From contig OZ320320.1 in the NCBI GenBank assembly GCA_976226885.1, forward strand, positions 61,876,001 through 61,940,000: a stretch of DNA of 64,000 nucleotides, read 5' to 3'. A model generated the notes under the pieces. That model was not told where the DNA came from. It ran no database searches and saw only the letters and a list, made by a program, of their open reading frames with translations. The stretch is from Iphione sp. A-MEVVRFRX5 (lineage: Eukaryota). Both the position numbers and the translations under genes were made by a program. Position 1 is the stretch's first letter. Every line of letters begins with the position of its first letter. Shown here piece after piece: positions 21,306-34,542 of this stretch.

Positions 21306-24300
21306 ACATGCACAGATCCAGTGTCATCCATGTGTAACCTTCAGTGAATACTGCTTGTTTACGAATTTGGGCTGGTAAACAGAAACGCACAGAAAACTCT
21401 CCTGGCAGTTTCAGTTTCAAAGTTTGCTCATTGCCACATTTTTGATGAATAAACTCGTATGGAGCGTATAGCATAGTGCTTTTCAGTTAATTATAGGTTA
21501 CGAATTGCATGTGCTCATCGATTATTACCCCACATAATAAAACATTACACGATGATGAAGCTTCTATTCTAAGAGTGATCATGAGATCTTTTAGTTCCCC
21601 TGTAGGTAAGCTCTCTACCCAAACCTCCATAACGCATGCCCTTCTGAATAGGCCATTTCAGACGATCCCATGATACCTAGACCTTGGCCGGACCTTCCAG
21701 TGCGTACATGCCCATACTGTAGGTTGGAAAAAATCATCATAGCCATCAAAATCACTCAGCTAAATTTTTCTTTATGTAAAATGATAGAAAAGGGATATGG
21801 CATTTTTCACATCAGATGACAAGAGCATGTGACTCATAAATGTTATTCTTTATGGTGTCTTAACTTTAGTTAGAGACAAATTTAGAAGACCATGACCACC
21901 ACCAAAAATAAGAAAAATTCGAAGTTCTGTATTTAATGTCAGAATTACTTTACATAGTTGATATTTGGGGAAACACAATATGTAGGATGGAGGAAGGCAT
22001 GAGTCAAACCACTTTTCTCTGTCTGAAATATTAGCAATGATGCAAGCATTGGAACTACACGTTTACAACGGCGAGCAAAGCAGGAAGTACGCTTTTTCTC
22101 CCTTACCCCGCTGTATTATGGGATCGTCTGAAACACTCTATGGGACACTGCTGGGAACTAGATCAGCCCGTAAAGGGTCACTAATACGCGGGCTACATAC
22201 ATTCGAACACTGTAAAGTATGGTCGCTACTACGAAATTTCCACGTTCTGATATACATGCACAGTGTCCTTATGGAATCATTAGGATAAGCTGGAAAAGGA
22301 TTGCATTTAAATGGCAGAAACGTGTGCTCATTTAGTACTGAAATGAGACCAAGAGGTGATGATCAGTGACAATTATCTTTATTATCATTATTATAAGAAA
22401 AATACTATACAGGAAAGTACATAATTACACTGGACTCGGGGTCAGCTGACCCCATCGTCCGCCATGCTAATATAGAGTGTGGATATACATATATTATCTT
22501 GAGATATTTACTGCATATAGAAATCAACGATGTGATACCTAGCACAATAATATAGATAGAACGATGACTGTGATAGGCCGACTGGGAACCCGACAAGAAC
22601 CAGGACTGTGATTGGCTGGATCAGAAACATCTGACAAGAGTTTGTGTTCTATGAAAAATTACTTGGGAAATCCTTCGGTAAGAAAGAACTGCCTCACACG
22701 GCACAAAGGGTGAGCTGTTTTTGATTGCAAGTTTCCCTGTTTTCCTTTGTGTCAGCGGACGTGCTTTCTGATTGGTTCGTATCACTGATGACGTCAGCTC
22801 CACAGAGTCTTTGAGGCACCAAATGGACAGGTATACGAGAGCGATGGACTTGTACAGAGGGGTTTGACAGACAGACAGACCGACATAACATAGACAGATA
22901 GGGCAGAGAGACAGATGCTACCCGACGGACCATATCCTGGGTTCACTTCCATAGTGGAGGTAGCTAAATGCTAACACTGACAGCACCTCAAGAATAGAAC
23001 AGACATCCCACCCGGGTATACCCCCCACCGGCCTCACCACACTAAGTACATAAGACAACTGGAACAGTTCGGATCTTCCCGGTCCTCCTCCTCTTCTTCC
23101 TCCTACCCTCCCAATCACAACACATGCACCTTTTTGGTCGCCTGAAACCTGCCTCCCTCCTCTCCCTACGTTGCCCCCCACCCTCCACCCCAAACCCCTC
23201 CCTGACAAAAGGTACAAAAAGTAAATAAGAAATAAAAGAAAAATCTCTGTGGGCATCTAAATTTGCAACACTAGAATATGGCTTCCTGGATATAGGGAAA
23301 GCGAACAAAACGGAACAGTTCCCTTATCTCTCTTTTCCTTCCTCAAATATATATACGTTCCCTTCTTGTGGAAGACGTAATGGTGGAAAGAAACTTAACA
23401 ATACCTTGGGGTGCGCTACAGTGACAGTCGTAGAGGAGAAGGGACATGGACATGAAGATACCTCGGTGACCAGTCTGCGACGGGGAAAATGACAGTAAAC
23501 GTCCACATTTAGACTGGGTCGTTAAGCGCTCTAAAGCTGGAGAAGAGCTTGGACTAGTGCAGGGGCAGGCAGCATAACAACGCCCCGCCCCCTCCGCTGC
23601 TGTGAGGGCTACTACTTGTATTCTTCACAGAGGTTGGTGGGGTACGGGGGGAACTGGTGGGAGGAGTAGTGTGTTAGGAGGGGAGAGGTACACAATTTCC
23701 CTTTGTAAAAGGGAGTGTGTGTACGTGTGTGTGTGCTTATCAATTAAGATTAAGCCTACGTATGAGAAGTTGGAGCAAAATAGGCATGTATACACATGTT
23801 CTTGTGTGTGTGTGTACATGTGCACATATGTACATAACATATACCATGTGTTTATGTGTAAAAAGTCTGAGGTTCATCTTTGGGTTCGCGTACATGAGTA
23901 TGTATGCATCTGCTGTTACGTGTATGCTGGGTGTGAATTTTTGTGTGAATTGTATAAAGTGAAGTCACTCAAGCTCCATCCAAAAAGGGAAAAGAATGTG
24001 AGGCAATGACTCTCCATCTCGCTCTCCTGTGTCTCTCTTCCCCTCCACTGCCATCACCACCACCGCCATCACCACTGCCACCCCAGTGACCCTTCTCTTC
24101 CTCGAGCCACTAACGTCCCACTGGCTGCCCTCAAGGGGGGTCCCTTCAATGCACGAAGAACGGGATAGACAAGCCCGACGCCTGACGACCACAGACTGGC
24201 GTCGACCAATCACAGTGCCGCCCGGTGGTCACGTGGCTGGCCCATCATTGGTGTACATCGCTGTGGAACACATTGCCATTCGGCTTGTCTCGTTCAAATG

Positions 24301-24479
24301 TTTTCACCCCCAGTTATAATTTGCTCCCTCTCTGGCTCTCTCTCTCTGTCGCCCACTGTCTCTGATATCCCTGTCTTCGCTGCTAGTTTAAGGTTGTATT
24401 TCTATCCTCTTTCAGGTCTACGCTGACGTTTGTTTTGTGAGTGTATAAACTGGCTGCAGTGTGTGTGCGAGTGTTCCCA

Positions 24480-24781
24480 TCAGGTGGCGTTGCCACTATT
24501 CGACGTCTCGTCGTCCTCGCCCTCCTCGTCCTCGTCCTCCTCCTCGTCTTTGTTAGCTCCTTCCCGCTCCTCGGATGAAGAGGTTGGGTTCTGGTTGTCA
24601 TCGGGAACAAACGTCACCGTCGTGACGTCATCTACTTCAGTCTGCTCGATGATGTCGTCATCACCCACGTTGTGATTGGTGCTGTCCGCTTCCGGTTCTG
24701 ACTCGACGACCTGGAGCTTCTGGACGTCATAGAGCGACGTCACCGTGACGCCACGTGGGGACGTACTGTAGGGGTAGGGCC
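24480..24781 (-). CDS. ARHGEF11/12: RhoGEF last coding exon, acidic tail, stop TGA at 24480-24482
   Basis: tcacag acceptor, phase 1 entry, open to TGA. Confidence 0.85.
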
Positions 24782-25321
24782 CTGTGAAGAAACATACAAT
24801 GGTATTAGGTTCAATATCTAGCTATTTCTCCATCTGTCCCTCTCTGGCTCTTTCTATCTTCGTCTCCGTGCCTCTGTCGGTCTCTGGCTTTATGTCTAAC
24901 TACACTGTCTACCTCTTCTGTCTATACAAATGTATATGTCTCCCTGTCTGTCTCACTACATATCTTTTTAATTGATATGTTAATCAGGCATAGTATAAGG
25001 CATCAAATGACGTTTGAAACTACTTCTATGCCATGTAGCTGTTACCAAAAAAGATGGCACATTTTCCTATTCGCACGCTCTCCTTGTGAATTCACACCAG
25101 ATATTTTCAAACCAGTCTGCGCAGAAAGGTTGAACTTGCAACCGTGAGCGATGCGAGATGAAATTGCTTCAAAGGTGAAGGAATGGGGCTTTTACAGAAT
25201 GCCCAATAGAGCAACGTACAGACTATATTCGTTATAAATATTCCCTATTACACCCATTCTCCCTTATTACAGCAGATCTTCAGCGCTTGCAGCGGCGTCT
25301 ATTGAGGACAGGAATACCTAC

Positions 25322-25547
25322 CGGCTTCGTCACTGGACAGTGCTAGGTGTGCACTTTCCTCGGGTGTGTCCGCAACTTCTGACGTTGATGACGTCATCGA
25401 GGCAAAGCTGTTGGGACGACTGTGTCTTGAGAGGCTGTTGCTAGGCGACCGATGGCTGACATCACGGGCCAGTATGAGATGCTCATTGGCAATGTCAAGG
25501 TCCCTCTGTAGGCGTTTATTTGTCTCCTCCTGCTCTCGGAACATGAC
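25322..25547 (-). CDS. ARHGEF11/12: RhoGEF exon: C-terminal coiled coil (VMFREQEETNKRLQRDLDIANEHL...)
   Basis: atacag / gtaggt, phase 0-1. Confidence 0.88.
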
Positions 25548-25980
25548 CTGTATAAGGTAAACATAGAAAGGTCATTGAGAGCATGGTCTATGTACAGAAG
25601 CAGAGGTTATGGCTTAGTCATGAAAAGGATTGTAATACAGAGCATAGGAGGGTTAGTGAGAACATGACCTGTGTCAGTAGATGGCAACAGGCCAGTGAGA
25701 ACATGAACTGTGTAAGTTGATAGAGAAGGGTCAGTGAGAACGTGACCTGTGTAAATGGATAGAGAAGGGTCAGTGAGAATGTGATCTGTGTAAGTGGATA
25801 GAGAAGGGTCAGTAAGAATATGACCTGTGTAAGTGGACAGAGAAGGAAGGGTCAGTGAGAACATGACCTGAGTAAGTAGGCAGAGGATCTATGAGAACAT
25901 GGTCTGTACCAATGGACAGAGCTGGCTTCATGAAAACATGTTCTTTGAAGGATGGAAATTCTCCTGAGGAGAGCATGAAC
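25538..25980. repeat. 39-bp minisatellite abutting and overlapping the acceptor of exon 25322-25547
   Basis: Core tgacctg/tgaactg/tgatctg at 25665, 25704, 25743, 25782, 25821, 25864, and the true acceptor at 25544. Confidence 0.9.
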
Positions 25981-26773
25981 AGTTAGGCCTAGTTTCCATA
26001 CCTGTGTTTGTATGTGTGCGCATTTTTGTGTGTTTTGTGTGCGTTTTTTTATGAGTATGGTTATTTCAATGAAGGGTGTCTTCTATGTGTGTCTGTACAA
26101 TGTCTGTGTTGAGGTGCGTTAGGCTGTGAATGCTCATTTTTGAACAAGTCTTAATTTTTCGCACAAACGCATGGGCCCAGACACCAGTATAAAAGATATA
26201 GTCTTTGTATCAGGCACATTGCCTCATATTGCCTCACTTTTCTAGGTGAATTACACCCATTTACGCACCAATTGGTCCTTTTCCGAAGATTGTCTCCTAA
26301 CTTTGCCCATTTTTTTTGTTTGCAATATTCAGCATCAAATTTATCCTTTCTCATCATTTTTCCTGACATTTTTACCGTCTTCCATGATTTTTAGTATCAA
26401 ATGTGTCCTTTCTCACCATATTTCGGCTCATTTTCGTTGTTTCTCGTGGTTTTTGTCCTCCTTTGTGCATCTATCATAGATTTCCGGTCATTGCACGCAC
26501 ACAGATGCACTAGGTAATAGTGGATCTAGTGAGAGCATCAGCGGCAAGAGAGCGAGAGAGAAAGAGACGAAAAAACGAAAGACAGAGACAGTCGGGGACA
26601 GAGGGAGAGAAAGGTCAGACAGTCAGGAAGGAAGGGAGGTGCTAAATAGAGAGACGACAGAAGAGAGCCACACACCCCTGATAGACGGAGATGTGAGGGA
26701 ACGGCAAAGGGAGGTAGGGACAGAAACGATCATGGGGTTTAATAAACTGAGCAGTCTCGCTTGATTCACTCAC

Positions 26774-26886
26774 CAACATTTGTGCAATTTGCTCGCTCAG
26801 TTTCTGAGTAACAGACAGGAGAACATCCGACGGTAGCGTTACGTTGACTACTGGTTTGCTGTCCCGTCTCCCGGCAGAGGCTTGAG
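26774..26886 (-). CDS. ARHGEF11/12: RhoGEF exon (...VLLSVTQKLSEQIAQML)
   Basis: ttgcag / gtgagt, phase 1-0. Confidence 0.87.
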
Positions 26887-27169
26887 CTGCAACTAAGTAT
26901 TAAAACAAACAACTAAAGAAAACATTCCAAAATGTCCTTGAAATCCGCAAATATCAGGAATTCGTTTTGCTCTACCAGGTTCCCATCAATTTTTATTTGG
27001 AAAATAGCTTTTGTATTGTATCTGTATACGATTATTTTTGTTTACGTGGGCACAAAGAGATACAAAATCAGACATTATTCTGTCCGTCTTTGTCACCGAA
27101 GACGAATTTCCGAAACATCAAATAGCCTTACGCTTGACACAGAGTTTCCACCATTAGAATACCACCTAC

Positions 27170-27326
27170 CAGGGGGCTGGCTGTTTGTGGTGCTTGCGTC
27201 ATCGACGTCACCCTCCTCGCGCACATTCAGACTCTCACTAACTAGTGACGTAAGACGCTTGGCCTGATGTGTGGCGCCCAGTATCAGTTCCCGTAGGTCC
27301 TTCTCTCCGTCCATGTCGGAGGCCAG
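27170..27326 (-). CDS. ARHGEF11/12: RhoGEF exon (LASDMDGEKDLRELILGATHQAKRLTSLV...)
   Basis: tgccag / gtaggt, phase 0-1. Confidence 0.88.
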
Positions 27327-27487
27327 CTGGCAATTTAAAAAAAGATTACGATGAATATTTGCACAAATTCTTGAGAAATTACCCCTACACCTCAACGAAC
27401 GAAGACGATCTCATGTTAATTCGGTTACTGTCATCCTGAGGGGACGACTGGTGATGGTAGACTACAGAGATGTCCCCAGTGACCTAC

Positions 27488-27597
27488 CTCAGCAATGTGA
27501 GTGTACTCTGAGTACGGCACATTGAGCATCTGGGCAACCAGGGTCTCCTTTTCGGACAGACATCGACTAATCTCCTGCTCCTTACGTTTTAACATTT
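27488..27597 (-). CDS. ARHGEF11/12: RhoGEF exon (EMLKRKEQEISRCLSEKETLVAQML...)
   Basis: ttgcag / gtaggt, phase 1-0. Confidence 0.9.
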
Positions 27598-28248
27598 CTG
27601 CAAAGAAAAACGGACCTAGAAAGGACATACTTCTAACGACGAACTTATGCAAACCCTCTACACACAACGTATCGCTATCTCGATTGTGGACATAAGCCTG
27701 TTACGGCAATTACCAACTGCTAGTCTCGTGTGAACTGCTATAGTGTGGTTGTATGATGTTCCAGATCACAATTAAAATACATGAGGGAATCTTGCTCGTC
27801 ACAGAGTGAGTATGCATGTATATATTTTTTTATTTTGAAGTGACTTCAGCTTGTCACTGTCATATCTACGGTTAACAGTTGAAACCAGCAGGTGGATTTG
27901 CCCTACCACAATCGGAAAAGGAATTAATCTCTCAAAGTTTTTCCTCAAACTTGACCAATATAGCTTTGTTTATGCACTCACTACAATTAATAATTTACAA
28001 TAGTAATTTACATGTCCATAAATAGTATATGTAATAAGCTGTAAAGACAAAGATTTCCTCGTTCTTGGATCAAGAATACAAAGCAGGGAACACTGCTGGC
28101 ATGACAATATATGCTATGTGCAGAAACAATAGATCACTCTCTTACCAATTATAAGAGATAGGAGTCAGTTGACTGACAGCCAAGTCTGCCCCCCCCCCCT
28201 GTCATCCTTAGCAACGTACGTTTCTACAACTGGTCTATCAGGGCTTAC

Positions 28249-28424
28249 CTCGTGGGGTAAGTACGGGCTCTGCCCGCTCCAGCACCGTGTCTGAAATGAC
28301 CACCTCGTGCGGGTGGATGAGATGGGACGGGTTGGTGTGCAGCACGGCCGCCTTCTCGGCCGGCTCCAGGCTGTCCACACTGCCGCTGCCATACTGCTGC
28401 TCGGCGCTCTCCACGTCGCTCACC
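28249..28424 (-). CDS. ARHGEF11/12: RhoGEF exon (...LIHPHEVVISDTVLERAEPVLTPR)
   Basis: tgacag / gtaagc, phase 2-1. Confidence 0.9.
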
Positions 28425-28917
28425 CTGTCAACCGAGACGTTCAAAATAGAGGTTAACACAGGACTCTGCTACTGGACGGCGAGGCAACCCAACCCGGGCT
28501 TGATACAACCGAGCAATGAAAAGAGGAGGCGGCTTCTACTGACAAGAAGTGTGCTCGCAGGGCGTGTGCGTACTTCGCTTACGACAGCTCGTGTTTTATT
28601 TCAAATACACGTACTCTATTGCGATTTAGACCTTTCCATATCCATCACATCTCACAGCACACCCTTCTCCCTCTTTAGACCCACCCCGGTCTTTTGACAA
28701 CATGAAATATCAAAGCGTTTTCACGGCGTGAACAATAAAAATCTGTTCTTATGGCAATATTTAAAACCCCTTATCAATTCCCTTCTTTTCTTTCTTTTTT
28801 TTTGCATCATACAGGAAACAGCCACGTTTTATAGTACAATGCTCTTCTTTTGCCCGACTTGACAAGTATGAAGAGATCAGAGTGCGGGGAGGGGGGGAGG
28901 GGGATATGTATACGTAC

Positions 28918-29070
28918 TCCTCCTTGGATTGCTTCCTGAGGCCCACCTGCTCCTCGGCGGGCTGGGCCGGGCCGGCGGCGGTGGCGGCGGGCGGCGACCC
29001 GTCCCGCCGGGCTCGCTTCTTGGTGCGTTCCGTGTAGGCCTCGGCCGCCTCCGAGATGTACCGCAGCCAC
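28918..29070 (-). CDS. ARHGEF11/12: RhoGEF exon: PH C-terminal helix (WLRYISEAAEAY...)
   Basis: acacag / gtacgt, phase 2-2. Confidence 0.92.
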
Positions 29071-30405
29071 CTGTGTGAGAGAGAAAACCCACAGAAACAT
29101 GAGTGTTGTGGATGATAATATTCTACCATACGAGGGGGTTTTGCGTTTGGCTTTCCGTCCCAATTCGTTATCTGGATCGTACAAAAACTAGCAAGGGCTG
29201 GCTACATTTTATGAGTGCTCGTTTATGTCATCAATGAATAAATCTGTATTAAAGAGGAGGCTTCACAAGTACACGCAAATGCACTATATTGGAAAATATC
29301 ACAAGAAATGATGGGCGCTTCTAATAAAACCTCGAAGTCCAAACGTTATAGATGTACAAGCCATCGTCACAAAATTGTGATCATCGTGCCGGGGACTTCC
29401 CTATCTACTTCAAAGGAACAGTGGTATGGGGACCAATGATAAAAACTACAGTATGTAGAGCAAGGTGATAAAGGAAGGAGTCGACGCTATCTGTGACCCG
29501 ATAAATCACCATAGCCTGTGATATCATCCCCACACGTTTTTACAAACACGCTTAACTGCACACTGGCCTGTTTACTCAGTACTTAATAGATGGGGTCATC
29601 TTGAAACTAGTCTGGGCACCAAACACAAAGTCCACGGTCATCTGTGTTTGATAAACAAAGAATGTTGATTCTGATCCCAATTGGATTANNNNNNNNNNNN
29701 NNNNNNNNNNNNNNNNNNNNNNNNNNNNNNNNNNNNNNNNNNNNNNNNNNNNNNNNNNNNNNNNNNNNNNNNNNNNNNNNNNNNNNNNNNNNNNNNNNNN
29801 NNNNNNNNNNNNNNNNNNNNNNNNNNNNNNNNNNNNNNNNNNNGTATTTATGTCCAGTGGAGTCTCTATTTACGACCATATCATTTTGCGACCATTCTCT
29901 ATTTCAGACCAGCTGAGATGGGTACCAAAATGTTGATTTCTATACATGTGATTCTCTATTTACGACCAAATTCACCAATAAGACCATTTGTATGTATGTA
30001 TGTGCCTGAATCTTTGTAACGGTGCGTATTTCGTGTGTCGTCCTCCAACTCCTCTCCCCTGTAGGAACGTCTGTCCTTCTGTCTCAATCTCTCATCCGAC
30101 ATGTGTATTTGTCTGTGTATATCTCCTACTTGTGTTTCATATCTCCCTCTAAAGTTTCTTCCCCATCTCTGCCCACGACCTGGTTAATAAGGAAACCTAT
30201 CATTATTTCAGTACTCCCCCCCCCCCCCCATGGACGTCTCATCAGGTATAAACAACCGTAGGCCGTCCTAGCCGACCATGCGTCCTCCTGCCCGCCCTCC
30301 ACGTACTCCCTGTTCTCTCTGTCTCCCTAATACCCCTTTCTCCTCCCGGTTCCTGCCCCCGTCACTCCTCCTGGTAAGGTTGCCCTTCCTCGTCTCTAGC
30401 CTTAC

Positions 30406-30599
30406 CTGCTCACTGCTGTCGCCCTGGGGCCCTTCTCAGCTCGGGCCGCCATAACTACTCCTTCCACGACCTTCTCTACATGACGAGTGTCAGTATGTGT
30501 GCCTGTGTGTGTGACCCAGTGCGCCAGGGTTACAAGGCGGGTGGGTGGGTCGTCTTTTACGTGGAAGGGCGGACGAGGGCGATCCTGACATGATACCAC
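30406..30599 (-). CDS. Candidate alternative (first) exon joining exon 28918-29070 in frame
   Basis: Open frame from ATG 30599 or ATG 30452 to a strong phase-2 donor CAG|gtaagg. Confidence 0.4.
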
Positions 30600-31874
30600 A
30601 GTTTGCGAACCTTACACCTGCTACTACACCTAACCTTACGTATACAGGACCACACACCCTCCACATACACACACATACGTACGCATACGTATACGCGTGT
30701 ACGCACTCACCCCATAGACCCTTTTCGTCCTGCACTTAATCTGCAGTCATCGAATAAAGCACTCATCCCGTTCCTTCTCGCTCACCCTCATCACCATCCA
30801 CCCTTGCAGACTGAATGCACCTCATAATCGCTACAAAAGCAAATCATGCCACCACATACACACTCACACGCAAACACCGGGGTCAATCCAAGCATGTCTA
30901 GCCGCTAGAAACCCGAACTACGTCATATCCCAATCATTCTTCTCCGAGGGGGAAATCTCCCACGAGATAATGTGACGCATATAAAGAGAAGAATATCAGA
31001 ACCGTCACGAAGTTCAAGGACGACACGCATTTTCTTCTGAACAGATTGATTAAGAGTCCTTTCAGTATACGACTTCCTCCTGTGCACAAGTCATGGAAGA
31101 AATGTAAGGTAATAGGGCTTGGCCGTTCAGAGGGCCCGTGGATACCAAATGTCATGATATCTTTCTTCCTGGCAATTATCAGCACCGCACCAGCATATAG
31201 GCATAGACGTAAAACTGCGCAGTACAATATGCTCGAATCTCGGAATGGCAAACGAGGAAATACCCATACTTATAATATAAGTACTTTCCTTACGTCCTTA
31301 CTAAATGATTAATTCGACTTTTTCCCCTAATCTGCCTCGTCTTTCTAAACGAAGAACGTAACCCCCTCAGTGCCATCAGTGTGTGTTGTTGGGGCTCATC
31401 TGAAACCGATCTAAAAAAATGTCCGAATTTGGCCTGAGAGGGTTTGCACCACGGCAACTGAAAGGGTTCTCGTGTGACGGACTATTCATGAGGGGCTCAT
31501 CAACATCTGACCTACTGACGCAGACATGAATATTTACAGCCCTTGCCGGCTGCAGACCCGTGGGGCCTCTACGGGCCTTGGTGGGGAGGAAGGGGGGGGG
31601 GGGGGAGACCGATACCATTGGGTCCCCTGGTGGAGTAATATTGAATCACTCTTTGCAAGACGCGAACTGCAGATCGGGTCTCGATTGACAACGTGAACCC
31701 CCCCCCCCCTTCCCCACCCCCCTACACACCCTTTCAATTAGAGTACTGTTTGCTGATAGAGTACAAAGGCTCGTGAATTTCCTGATGAAATGCCCTGGTA
31801 ATATTTCGGATAAAATCGCTCAGGACATGCAGACTGTAACAGGAATGGTAGAGGAAATAACGAAGAAAGAGACG

Positions 31875-31882
31875 GAGACAGG

Positions 31883-31931
<49 letters not shown>

Positions 31932-31990
31932 TCAGAGAGAGCGGAAGGGAGAGATCAGAGAGTGTGTCAGACAGAGTGTCAGAGAGGGGT
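31875..31990. repeat. (GA)n microsatellite and agagtgtcag repeats
   Basis: Direct reading. Confidence 0.9.
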
Positions 31991-32149
31991 GTCACATTAA
32001 GAGAAAAAGAATCTTANNNNNNNNNNNNNNNNNNNNNNNNNNNNNNNNNNNNNNNNNNNNNNNNNNNNNNNNNNNNNNNNNNNNNNNNNNNNNNNNNNNN
32101 NNNNNNNNNNNNNNNNNNNNNNNNNNNNNNNNNNNNNNNNNNNNNNNNN

Positions 32150-32232
32150 TTTCTCCTCTGTCGACATGGCATGCAGTTCGTAGATCTGGGGTCCTATATC
32201 CGACGTACATACCAAGAAGAAGGCTCTCTTAT
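32150..32232 (-). CDS. ARHGEF11/12: RhoGEF exon: PH domain (DKRAFFLVCTSDIGPQIYELHAMSTEEK), 3' end lost in an N-gap
   Basis: tttcag acceptor; runs into gap 32017-32149. Confidence 0.92.
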
Positions 32233-32804
32233 CTGAAAACAACGTATTAAGTACTTCAGAACCCATATTTTGTACTACCCTTGTCACTAGTGGCAGATCA
32301 GGTAAGACAGGAGGCAACGTACTTCTTCTGTTAAATAAAGCAGTTTACTATCAATTACCAGGAATTAAAAGTGACAAATTTGAGATATGTACTTGAACCA
32401 ACACAAATTTACTGTAACCGACTTAGCAATTACATGTACTTAATATGTCAAGTATAAATCAAACTCTTACAGAGCGAACCAGAAAATCATCAAACAACTG
32501 CACCGTAGTATCAGTAACTGCATTAATCATATTAATAGCTATAAGAAAAAAACGTCCTTTCAAACGAGGTCTCTGCTGTAGTAGTAGCAATAGTAGTCAG
32601 TACGTATATGGGTTCCTGATATTTTGTTTTGAAAAGAGACAAAAGGGCACTAAACACACCAACAGCGTATTTACCAACAGCGACACCGTGCACGATAACG
32701 TTGCTGAACCACAATCATGGTGACTATGTGTACTAGTAAGGTAACTTGTTTTTTTTTTCTTGAAGCTTGTACCAATCTTGCACTGAAAGGAATGTCCTAC
32801 TCAC

Positions 32805-33048
32805 CAACAGCGACATTGCGCGTGATGACATTGTTCAGCCGCAGTACGGGCGAGTGGGTGTACTTGGTGTCCTCCCGTCCAGACACCACCGTCGTGCTAC
32901 ACTTGAGCACATACTTGTCGTCCTGGCGCTGCAGCAGGACGAGCAGGTCCTCGAGCAGGACAACGAGCAGCTCGATCTGCTTGGTGCGGCTGATACGCCA
33001 CGTCAACTGGCCGGAGTAGATCATGTGGTGCTTGGTCAAGTCCAGGTT
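32805..33048 (-). CDS. ARHGEF11/12: RhoGEF exon: PH domain (NLDLTKHHMIYSGQLTWR...)
   Basis: tttcag / gtgagt, phase 0-1. Confidence 0.95.
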
Positions 33049-33412
33049 CTGAAAGCACAGCAAAATGAACAGTCGGTAAACAATCAACCCTTCATAAGAA
33101 TATGTGTGAGACCGCCANNNNNNNNNNNNNNNNNNNNNNNNNNNNNNNNNNNNNNNNNNNNNNNNNNNNNNNNNNNNNNNNNNNNNNNNNNNNNNNNNNN
33201 NNNNNNNNNNNNNNNNNNNNNNNNNNNNNNNNNNNNNNNNNNNNNNNNNNNNNNNNNNNNNNAGAGATCAAAAACTGTAAGATAGAGAGGTAAACAACCA
33301 GGAAAATGATAACGATGGGATGTATAAAAACAGATGAACTCATTTGCATTCTTCTACACCCGAGTCTATCCCTTTCCCCTCTGACCCGCAGGTCATGTTG
33401 CCCTTGACCTAC

Positions 33413-33591
33413 CTTGTATTCAGCTACCATAGGCTGGCTGGAGCTCTCAAAGGCCTTCTTGTCCAGGCGCCGCTGGATCTCTGCCAACTTCTGGAGGTTT
33501 TCACACTCCTTCACGGCCTCGTTCACATAACTCAGGATGTCCCGGCTACACTGCAGTGCCGTCTGCAGGTTCTCGTACTCTGTTGCGTTGG
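33413..33591 (-). CDS. ARHGEF11/12: RhoGEF exon: DH end (...VNEAVKECENLQKLAEIQRRLD...)
   Basis: ctatag / gtaggt, phase 1-0. Confidence 0.95.
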
Positions 33592-33746
33592 CTATAGAAA
33601 GACACAGACCCAGAAGTTATCAAGTAATCTTCATTTCCAGCTCTCCGCTAAGTTACTTTCAGACTGGGAATTTCAACAGGAGGGCAACACAGAACGTCAC
33701 GCCTGATATGACGAGATTCAAGGCTAGGTCTTCAGCTTATACGTAC

Positions 33747-33864
33747 ACTGTGTATACTTCATCAGGTTCTCGATGAGCAGCGGGTACTTGGTTAGCCGCT
33801 GCATCACTGTGGGTATTAGATCCTTGAGCTCCAGTCTCCGGCACAACGGGTTCATGCTTGCTTC
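33747..33864 (-). CDS. ARHGEF11/12: RhoGEF exon: DH (EASMNPLCRRLELKDLIPTVMQRLTKYPLLIENLMKYTQ)
   Basis: ctatag / gtacgt, phase 0-1. Confidence 0.95.
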
Positions 33865-34016
33865 CTATAGAGATGAATAAATAACACTTTAGGAATACAG
33901 ACCCACTAGATATGACCAAAGTTCGCTTCGTGTCCGACAACTACTTAGCTTAACGACTACCCTTTTTTTGGTATATAATGTTTAACGTAATTTGGTGATG
34001 GTTTTGGAAAGCTGAC

Positions 34017-34142
34017 CTGTAAAAACATGGCTAGTTTCTGGTCCTTTCGTTGCCGAACACGCAACATTTCCAATGCATGTGACTGGTTCTGGCAGAATGT
34101 GGCACAAGTCGTTTTCAACTGTTCCCCGGCCTCACCTGCGAA
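34017..34142 (-). CDS. ARHGEF11/12: RhoGEF exon: DH (FAGEAGEQLKTTCATFCQNQSHALEML...)
   Basis: ttctag / gtcagc, phase 0-0. Confidence 0.92.
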
Positions 34143-34462
34143 CTAGAATAAAAATTTCAAAGGTTACACTTGTGAACTGCGTATGAAAACAAAGACAAAA
34201 ACCTTTGGGCGCCAATGACATCTTCGCTTGTTTACAGAAGATCATAGCCACCGTATTTTTTGATCAATTATTTTCATGCTGATATCAGTGATTAGGGAAT
34301 GTAGAATAGGAACCTACTTGATTATAGTGACTCTACTTGAAATACAGAATAGGTCTTCCATTTGCTCTTTCTAAGAGTACGTCTTTCACTAATCAATATT
34401 GATAGTTCTTACGATTAAATAGTAATTACCTATTTCTATTGGATACTAAGTCTCCTACTTAC

Positions 34463-34542
34463 CCTATTTAATAGTAAGTCTCCTAATTCTGGTACTTGAG
34501 GATTATCTTTTTTCCTAGCTTTTAAACTGTTGTTTAATAAAC
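34463..34542 (-). CDS. ARHGEF11/12: RhoGEF exon: DH (SLLNNSLKARKKDNPQVPELGDLLLNR)
   Basis: tttcag / gtaagt, phase 1-0; fills the expected DH segment. Confidence 0.88.
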
